Shown: one piece after another, positions 53,562 through 64,000 of the stretch
Layout of the letters: each line of letters opens with the position of its first letter
Position numbering within the stretch: the first letter of the stretch is position 1
Origin: Octopus vulgaris
Taxonomy: Eukaryota
Reading direction: 5' to 3'
Length of the DNA stretch: 64,000 bases
Assembly (NCBI GenBank): GCA_951406725.2
Contig: OX597827.1
Span: 2,480,001 to 2,544,000, forward strand
The notes under the pieces: model-generated
Databases searched by the model: none
What the model was told of the DNA's origin: nothing
The model's input: only the letters and a program-made list of their open reading frames with translations
Made by a program: the position numbers and the translations under genes

Positions 53562-53745
53562 AGGGAGAGTTTATGAAAAAAACAAAAGATGAAGACAGGT
53601 GGTGTATAAAACAAACAGATGTATTAGTATAACGCTCAGGAATTGAAAAAGTCTTTTACATTTCAATCCTATGTTCTTCTACAGAAAAGAACAGAGAAAG
53701 AAACAAGGAGAGAAAAAAATGTTGGTAGTGGTTACTGATCTATCA
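53562..53745 (-). mobile_element. Penelope-tail-like element in (TA)n with decayed hammerhead-like motif (53653-53689, CUGUAGA core)
   Basis: Minus strand ttttctgtagaagaacataggattgaaatgtaaaag; homologous to 43830-43982. Confidence 0.7.
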
Positions 53746-53761
53746 TATATATATATATATG

Positions 53762-54170
53762 TACAGGAGTGGCTGTGTGGTAAGTAGCTTGCTTACCAAG
53801 CACATGGTTCCGGGTTCAGTCTCGCATCATGACACATTGGGCAAGTGTCTTCTATTATAGCCTCGGGCCGACCAAAGCCTTGTGAGTGGATTTGGTAGAC
53901 GGAAACTGAAAGAAGTCCGTCGTATATATATATATATATAAATATATATTATATATATATATGTATAAGTGTATGTTTATGTTTGTGTGTCTGTGTTTGT
54001 ACCGATAGTGGTTTGTTTACATCCCCATAATTTAGCAGTTTGGCAAAAGAGACTGATAGAATAAGTACTAGGCTAACAAAGAATAAGTCCTAGGGTCGAT
54101 TTGCTCGACTAAAGGCAGTGCTTCAGCATGGCCACAGTCAAATGACTGAAACAAGTAAAATAGTAAAAGA
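53762..54170 (+). mobile_element. SINE family A
   Basis: Consensus head and tail; 3' half shares private variants with 52625-53036. Confidence 0.92.
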
Positions 54171-54175
54171 GTATA

Positions 54176-54223
<48 letters not shown>

Positions 54224-55423
54224 ATAAGCTTCCTTCAGTGTCCTTCAAACATATCCACTCACAAGACTTTGGTCGGCCTGAGGCTATAGTACAAGAAGAC
54301 ACAGACACTTGCCCAAGGTGCCATGCAGTGGGACTGAACTAGGAACCATGTGGTTTTTGCTGGTTTTTCATTTTTTCTTTGAAGAGGTGGTGGGAATACA
54401 AGTGTGTGGTTGGTGTATTTAAGGGACCATTTCTCCCCCCCTCCCGCTCCCCTCCGCTATAAAAAAATTCAAAGTCAGAAAGTTTAGTGGAGTAATTGGG
54501 TATGGCACTAAAATATTTAGTGTAAAAGACAAAAAAAAAGATCCAGCATGAATCAGGGTGGAGTTGAGAGTTTGTGGATGTGGGGTGGGTGAAGAAATTA
54601 AGAGAGAATGGAACAGAGAAAGAGAGGAAAGCAGATTAGATAGAACTAGTTGAGAAAGGAAGGAACAGATAGCAATGGTGGTGGTGGTGCGTGGTGTGGG
54701 GTGGAGTGGTGGTGGTGGTGGTGTTTGGTGGTGGTGGTGGTGGTGTTGATGGCGACAGTGGACATGCTACTGTTTGTAACAGTGATGGTGTGGGTGATGA
54801 TGATGGTTAGTTGTTGGTGGGGGGTGGCGGTGGTGGTGGTGGTATCAGTCATGGTTGTGTTTGTGACTGTGTTGATGATTAGTTAGTAATGGAGGTGGTG
54901 GTGGTGGTGGTGGTGGTGGTGGTAGTAGCAGTGATGCTGGTGGTTTTGGTTATGGTGGTTATGGTGATGGTGGTGGTGGTGATAGTGGTGAACACTCTGC
55001 TATTGGTGGTAGCAGTGGTGTTCACATTAATAGTGCTAATGACGAAGACAGTGACGAAGATGCGATGCTAAGGAGTTGGTTCCAAGTTGGTAAAGAAAAA
55101 TGGAAAGAGAGAGAGAGAGAGAGAGAGGGAGAGACAAACAGACAGAGAGGAGAAGGAGAGGGAGAGAGAGAGAGAGAGAGAAAGTGATACAAAAGACTAG
55201 CAGTGACAAAAGACAAAGGTATTGATTATTATCTGGAACCAGGCTCCAATATTTGAATATTTTCCTTTGTGTTTTTTGTCTTTTTTATTTTGTTTATATT
55301 TTGTTTTGTAAAAGAAACATAAAACAAAAAAAAACATTTGAAAAAAAGGTAATTGAGTAAAACTTGAAATAGTAAAATAAAACATACTTAAACTCACATG
55401 TGCATACATATATACACACACAT

Positions 55424-55454
<31 letters not shown>

Positions 55455-55531
55455 CACACACACACATATATATATATACACACACACACACACATATATA
55501 TATACATACACACACACACACATATATATAT

Positions 55532-55564
<33 letters not shown>

Positions 55565-55597
55565 CACACATACATATATATATACACACACACACAT

Positions 55598-55661
<64 letters not shown>

Positions 55662-56272
55662 ACACACGCACACACACATATATATATATATATACACACA
55701 CATACATACATGCTTGTGTGTGTTTTATACTTTTCTTGTTTTAGTTGTCTTTTCTTTTTCTTTGGTATTTTCGGAGAGAATTCTTTCGGTTTGTTTTATT
55801 TTATCAGAAAAAAAAAAGAAGGAACTGTTCATATTTAATCAGATTAGGAAAGTTTTGAATGCATGTGTATGTGTGTGCATATGTATGTGAGTGTGTGTGT
55901 ATGTGTGTGTATGTGTGTATGTGTGTGTGTGTGTTTGTGTGTGGGTGTGGGTGTATGTGTGCGTGCATGTAAATATGTTTAAGAGAGAGAAAGCAATAGA
56001 GTGTGTGTATGTGTGTGTACACATGCATATGTCTATCTGTCTGTATGTATATATATATATATGTATGTGTGTGAGTATAAATATATATGTATATATATAA
56101 TATATATGCATATATATATATATATATATAGACATATATATATATATATATCTATACATATATATATATATACATTTATAAACATATATATCTTTATATA
56201 TATGTGTATGTATATATATGTATATATATGTATATATATATCTCTCTCTATCATATATATATATATATATAC

Positions 56273-56348
<76 letters not shown>

Positions 56349-56618
56349 AGTATGTACATATGTATATCAACATTCATGCCCATACATATATATGTATGAG
56401 TGTGTGTGTATAAATATGTTTGTGTGTATGTGTATGCATACACATGTGAAGATAGATTGACAGACAGATAGATAGATACGTGCGGGGGAGGATGCTGGTC
56501 TGTATATGTATCGTATGTGTTATTGTTATTGGATTATTTGTATTTGTTAGTATGTTACTTGTGCACCCACATGCTCACGTGTGTGCGTGGGTGTATGTGT
56601 GTGCATACATGTGACTGA

Positions 56619-56639
<21 letters not shown>

Positions 56640-56653
<14 letters not shown>

Positions 56654-57027
56654 TGAAGTTGTCTGTCTGTCCCCTACGATTTAGATTCCTAACTACTCCC
56701 ACATTTTGCGGTGCAGGGTAACCAAAAGCGGGTATCTTATAGTCGTGATTCATATCGAGCCCTTCTGGGTATTAGCGCGCGTCTACGATGAGTCTACGAT
56801 TTTAAAAAAATTTACCATCATTTTTTCCCATTTTTAATGCATTTTTTGCTATTATATAAGGGAAGTAACTCTCTAAAAATGTATTATTAAATCTCAGAAC
56901 GCAAAAAGCTACAGTAACACCCCCCATTGTGGTTAGCCATATTGAGATGGCTATTATATTTACATCTCTAAAAATGCTTATATAGTTATTTCCCTTACAA
57001 ACCCGAGCAACGCCGGGCGATACTGCT

Positions 57028-57029
<2 letters not shown>
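56640..57029 (+). mobile_element. Non-autonomous Helitron, family H2
   Basis: 5' tatataaaagtgaagttgtctgtctgtc, 3' hairpin cccgagcaacgccggg then CTAG|T, inserted in (TA)n. Confidence 0.88.
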
Positions 57030-57066
<37 letters not shown>

Positions 57067-57797
57067 ATATATATATATATATATATATCAATAATAAAAG
57101 GGTAAAATCAATTAATTATTAATTAACTTCACCAAGTAGTGTTCAGTATGTAAAAGGACCATTCAAGGTATATTCAAAATATTACGTTTATATAATTAGG
57201 GCTCAGTAAAATAATTTACTTTACCACATACTGAAACTTTTAGAAATAACAGCCAAAAAGTTTTTTAGCCATTTCTACTACTGTAAGAAAAGTCTCCCAG
57301 ATAGTGTTTACTCAAAAATAATTCATGTAGATATGGAGGGAAAAACAGCAAAATATCACATGTACAAAGATCATTTGAGAACGCTCACGTTTCTAGATTA
57401 GTCGAATTAAAACTCGACAAAAGAGGCCCGAGACTCACAAAGAATACGTTTTGCTGTCGATTGTTCGACTACAATGCTTCAATATAGAGCTCTAGCATGG
57501 CCGTTATTCAGAGACTGAGACCAGTGCAAGAATAAAAGAATAACACAGAGTAACCCTACCTTTGACCTAAAAAGCACTTACAAACTCAAATAATACGGAA
57601 TAATTATCTCCAAAATTCGAAACCAACATGCATTCTGGAAATTCCTATCATTTTATTTAAAGTCTTTCAAACAATTCTCTTCATCACAGAATTCTTCCAA
57701 AAGTTTCCGATACCAAAATAACTTCTCTCACGGATGTCGTTTTACAGAAATTATGGGATTTTCTTTTTTATGTATTTTATGAATTTTTCTGTTTCTC

Positions 57798-58010
57798 TCT
57801 TTACTCTTTTACTTGTTTCAGTCATTTGACTGCGGCCATACAGGAGCACCGCCTTTAATCGAGCAAATCGCACCCAGGACTTATTCTTTGTAAGCCTAGT
57901 ACTTATTTTATCGGTCTCTTTTGCCGAACCGCTAAGTTACGGGGACGTAAACACACCAGCATCGGTTGTCAAGTGATGTTGGGGGGACAAACACAGACAC
58001 ACAAACACAA

Positions 58011-58042
<32 letters not shown>

Positions 58043-58238
58043 ACACACACATATATATATATACATACATATATACGACGGGCTTCTTTCAGTTTCCGTC
58101 TACCAAATCCACTCACAAGGCTTTGGTCGGCCCGAGGCTATAGTAGAAGGCAATTGCCCAAGGTGCCACGCAGTGGGACTGAGACCGGAGCTATGTGGTT
58201 GGTAAGCAAGCTACTTACCACACAGCCACTCCTGCGCC
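57798..58238 (-). mobile_element. SINE family A, best-preserved copy (tRNA head, CORE-like segment, internal microsatellite, GTAAAAGA tail)
   Basis: Minus strand ggcgcaggagtggctgtgtggtaag...ccttgggcaa...gactgaaacaagtaaaagagtaaagag, CpGs retained. Confidence 0.95.
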
Positions 58239-58526
58239 TATACACATTTCTTTTTATACTTTTTCTTTTACTCTTTTACTTGTCTCAGTCATTTGACTGC
58301 GGCCATGCTGGGGCACCGCCTTGAAGGGTTTTTAGTCGTAGAAATCGACCAAGACTTAGTATTTGAAACCTGCTACTTATTCTATCGGTCTTTTTTGCCA
58401 TACCACTAAGTTACAGGGACGTAAACAAACCAACAACGGTTGTCAAGCGATGGTGGGGAACACACAGACACAATGATTTAACCATGAATACACACAGGCA
58501 CATATATATATATATATATATATATA

Positions 58527-58602
58527 CTAGCAGAGATACCCGGCGTTGCCCGGTTATATTCAATTGAAGAATTAGACTTTTCTGTTATATATATATATAT
58601 GG

Positions 58603-58681
<79 letters not shown>

Positions 58682-59217
58682 TATAAATACATGAAAGTAC
58701 ATGGAGTTTGTTAAAAGAAAGGGATTATGTATATACCTCCTGGCTGTTGAGATTATAACACCTCGTAAACAATGTTCCTTCTTTTTCCTTGTGGAGCATA
58801 TACAAAAAGGTTTCTTTTGGTTCCTACTCTTGAGCAGCCAACATACAGTTGCCCATGCGAGAAGCAGGGCTCTTCCAAGAGAAGACCAGCTACAGAGACG
58901 GTTTGACCCTGAGATTTGTTAATGGACATGGCAAAGCTGACACGAAGGGGGAATTGCAGTCTTCTGAATGTAAATGGAATTTCTGCTCCTGATGGAGTAA
59001 GAGGAAATCTTGGAATAAAGACGTCATCACCTTTTCCACACCCAGAAAGAATGGTCGCCTCGATAACGTGTGACATCATTTTCTTTATCACCAGTCGTGT
59101 TCCATTGCAAAGTCTTGGTGGTTCCAGATTGCGGAGTAGCATTATAGGAGTTCCAACTTTAAGTGCTAATATGTGAGAAGGTAGTCCAGGAGGCTCCAGT
59201 GAATTGAGAAATTCCAC
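58527..59217 (-). mobile_element. Helitron 3' fragment
   Basis: Helicase-coding segment followed by hairpin CCGGGCAACGCCGGG and CTAG|T terminus at 58527. Confidence 0.93.
58753..59217 (-). pseudogene. Helitron PIF1-family helicase C-terminal fragment (5'-truncated, frame open)
   Basis: [77 protein letters not shown]. Confidence 0.95.
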
Positions 59218-59263
59218 CACCACCACCACCACCACCGTCAACACCACAACCACCATCGTCACC

Positions 59264-59294
<31 letters not shown>

Positions 59295-59432
59295 GCAGCA
59301 GCAACGATATTGTCGTTTTGCCGTCTCCCATAACTGCCAACAACAACACCACTACTACAACCTCAACCACTACAAGTGACACCAAAATCCAATTTTGCAC
59401 AAACGTTAAAAATAAAAAAAGACAATACTAAA

Positions 59433-60318
59433 CTTCAAAAGTTTGTGTTTGGATAATATTTTTTATGTAAAAGTTGTGCAACAACTAAAGCATTCGGTTG
59501 TGCAAATTCTTTGAAACGGGAAACCTTCCCTGTGTGGCGTGTTTCCCGATTTTGTAGAATTTGCTTTCGGGCTTTCTTAGCCATTTCTGTTTTGGTGTCT
59601 TCAAGCCATGAAGTCGTCGTCGAAAGGAACGCTGGTCTCCTTGGCAACGCTTACGACGTTGATTTCCCTACCCTGCCTTCCCCACAGCTTCATGGAGGAG
59701 AGAGGAAGGGGAGGAGCAAAACAGGTGCAGGTGCGAGCATGGACGCCAACATCGCCACCACCATGACCACCACCACCACCACTGTCACCACCACCACCAC
59801 CGCCACCGCCGCTGCCACTACTACCTCCGCCGTCGCTATTTCTACCGTTATCAACACCAACACCACCACCACCAGCACCGCCACCGCCGCCGCCGCCACC
59901 ACCACCACCACCATACTATGCCTCTGCTCTCTACTTTTGGCTACTAAATCTATTACCATATTTCACAAGTACCATCGCCATACAATATTGCCTTCAAAAG
60001 TTTGTGTTTGGATAATATTTTTTATGTAAAAGTTGTGCAACAACTAAAGCATTCGGTTGTGCAAATTCTTTGAAACGGGAAACCTTCCCTGTGTGGCGTG
60101 TTTCCCGATTTTGTAGAATTTGCTTTCGGGCTTTCTTAGCCATTTCTGTTTTGGTGTCTTCAAGCCATGAAGTCGTCGTCGAAAGGAACGCTGGTCTCCT
60201 TGACAACGCTTACGACGTTGATTTCCCTACCCTGCCTTCCCCACAGCTTCATGGAGGAGGAAAGAAGGGGAGGAGCAAAACAGGTGCAGGTGCGAGCATG
60301 GACGCCAACTCCGCCACC
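59433..60318. repeat. Near-identical direct duplication of about 325 bp (59433-59759 and 59992-60318)
   Basis: Both begin cttcaaaagtttgtgtttgg and end gcatggacgccaac..cgccacc; offset 559 bp. Confidence 0.95.
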
Positions 60319-60564
60319 GACAGAAAGAAAAATTGAAAGAACGCAGACGACAGCTTCACAGTCAAAGGACAACTCTGCCACAAACACCACCACCATCACC
60401 ACTACGACCAACATGACCACCACCACCACCACCACCACCACCACCATCATTACCATCATGACCACCACCACCATCACCACTACCACCATGACCACCACCA
60501 CCACCACCATCACCACCACCATCACCACCATCATCACCACCACCACGAAGACCACCACGACCAC

Positions 60565-60725
60565 CTACAGCTGGATGCTCTTCCTAACGCCAACCACTCC
60601 GAGAGTGTATGGATGCTTCTACGTGCCACCGACACGAGAGCCAGTCAGGCGGCACTGGTAACGACTTCACTCAAATATTTTTACATGCGTCACTGGCACA
60701 GGCGCCAGTTTAGGCGACGCTGGTA
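60565..60725 (-). mobile_element. Retroposon fragment, same family as 39440-39645
   Basis: ctacagctggatgctcttcctaacgccaaccactccgagagtgta..tacgtgccacc. Confidence 0.7.
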
Positions 60726-60730
60726 AAGGT

Positions 60731-60811
<81 letters not shown>

Positions 60812-61162
60812 CGTATATATACACACATATGTATATGTATATATATGCATGTATCTAGGTATATAGATATTTGAAAATAAATATATATGCACACGCACAC
60901 ACACATACACACGCTCACAAACATATATATAGAAACATAAGTATTTATAGATACATATGCATACATATGCACACGCGCAAATAATATACATACATACAGA
61001 TATATGTACTTATATATGTGTATGTGTGTGTACATCTATGCACAAGCATAAACCTATATAGAAGCATACATACATGTATGCATGCACACACATACATACA
61101 TACCTACCTACCTACCTGCCTACCTACCTACATACATATATTCAGATATATTTGTCTCTTAC

Positions 61163-61287
61163 CGAGTATCTGCAACAGACAGGAAACATAATCATTAAGT
61201 TGGGGCAATACGTGGTGGAATGAGAACGGTTTGTGACGTGTGGTGTGGCAGTGGCTGAGTCTGACTGTAGGAAGCAGCTGAATTTCG
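61163..61287 (-). other. Candidate spliced exon of an unidentified gene
   Basis: Branch-like ctaat, pyrimidine tract, tacag acceptor, TCG|gtaaga donor; phase-0 reading RNSAASYSQTQPLPHHTSQTVLIPPRIAPT*. Confidence 0.4.
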
Positions 61288-61713
61288 CTGTACGAGACAG
61301 ATAGATGAGGATAAAGATGCAATTAGATGTTTGCTGCTGCCGCTGATGGTGATGGAGTGCTAGTGGTGGTGTTGGTCGTTGTTGAAGTGGTGGTGAGGGC
61401 AGTGTTGGTGGTGGTGGTGGTGGTTGTGATTATAAGATTGAGCAGTATGGCTGCCATTATGGGTGTTAGATAATAATAAGCGTAGGTGTAGACGAAGGTG
61501 GTGATACAAAGAGGAAAGGTTATTGTTAAGAAGAATGGTCTGTCCTGATTAGGAAGACCTAACACTAAATGCACGCTGGTCAGTCAGCCAGCCAGCCATG
61601 CCCATAACTTTTTTATTTCTTGTTTTCAAGAACTACCCCTAGAACACACACACACATGCGCGCGCAAGCAAGCAAGCACACACACACACACAAGCATATA
61701 TATACATATACAT

Positions 61714-62997
<1,284 letters not shown>

Positions 62998-63529
62998 ATA
63001 TATATGTTAGGCACAGGCATGGGTGAATCGTTAAAGATTTACTCTCAACCATGTGGTTCCGGGTTCAGTCCCGCTGCTTGGCACCTTGCACAACCGTCTT
63101 CTACCTTGGCCTCGAGCCAACCAAACCCTCGTGAGTGAATCTGAGAGATTGAAACTGAAAGAAGACTGTCGTGTATATATGTGTGCGTGCGAGTGTGTAT
63201 GTGTGTGTATATGTCTACGTTTGTATATTGGAGGTGACTTGAGCTGAGACCGTGTGATGAAACTGATGTAGATTGCAGAAGAGCCCTTCTTAGCCATTTA
63301 TTGGTCAAGGTGTCGCGCTCACGAATACGAAGTCGTGGTTTCAATTCCTCGAGCGGGTGGTGCGTTGTGTTCTTGAGCAAGTTACTTACATCTCGCGTTG
63401 CTCTGCGATCGAACTTGACACCTGACGAGTGATACGCCGTGCGCCTATTCGGGCAACGTCAGTTCGATGGAGGGAGGGAGGAAGCTAACGTTCGCTACAT
63501 ACATTTTTATCTTTTGTTTGGTTCAGTAA

Positions 63530-63626
63530 TTTTTTTATAAGTCTGGCATTTAGTGTACCCGTCTGTCTTGCTGAACCGCTAAGTGATGAGGATGTAAACA
63601 CGCCAACAAGCGGTGGTGGGGGACAG

Positions 63627-63669
<43 letters not shown>

Positions 63670-63862
63670 TACATAGCCACACGTTTGTGTGTGTATATAC
63701 CACGGGCTTCTTTCAGTTTCCGTCTACCTAATCCAAACACGAAGCTTTTGGTCGGTCAGGGCCTATAGTAGAAGACATTTTTACAAGGTGTAACGCAGTT
63801 AGACTGAACCCGGGACCATGTGGTTTGAGAAGCAATCTTCTTACCACACCATCACGCTTGCG
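63530..63862 (-). mobile_element. SINE family A
   Basis: gaaccgctaag..gtaaacacgcc..cgggcttctttcagtttccgtctacc..gactgaacccgggaccatgtgg. Confidence 0.88.
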
Positions 63863-64000
63863 CTTACTTTAGCTCACTAAATAAACAACTCATTCGTACA
63901 GGTTTTTCGGCAAGAAATTGCAGGACCGCCTTTCTCTGACTACGAGACACTATGAGACTACCATCATATTTCACGTAGTGTTGACTTTTTCGTTTTACAT

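Noticed and set aside
58753-59400. 215-aa ORF as a complete cellular PIF1 gene
   Set aside because: The first 60 aa derive from trinucleotide repeats, the N-terminal helicase motifs are missing, and a Helitron 3' terminus follows

Overview
AT-rich eukaryotic genomic DNA saturated with microsatellites. The SINE families and repeat landscape most resemble an octopus (cephalopod) genome; that is an inference from repeat sequence alone. No host protein-coding gene can be called confidently, and nearly all listed ORFs are microsatellite translations. Supported content: (1) dozens of copies of at least four tRNA-headed SINE families; (2) three non-autonomous Helitrons and one Helitron 3' fragment with an open PIF1-type helicase C-terminus; (3) a Tc1/mariner transposase remnant, a pogo-like MITE, hAT-type MITEs with 8-bp TSDs, and a 1.27-kb long-TIR element with an 8-bp TSD; (4) a tRNA-Ser-type gene carrying a CAA (Leu) anticodon; (5) many foldbacks and palindromes. 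The most interesting signal is a dispersed set of short non-coding elements in or beside (TA)n tracts that carry Penelope-type minimal hammerhead ribozyme motifs. One has a canonical core (2081-2115, minus), one a compensatory U3-A8 core (40372-40409, minus), and two copies of one family share a non-canonical CUGUNGA core. All alignments and folds were done by eye, so repeat boundaries are approximate.
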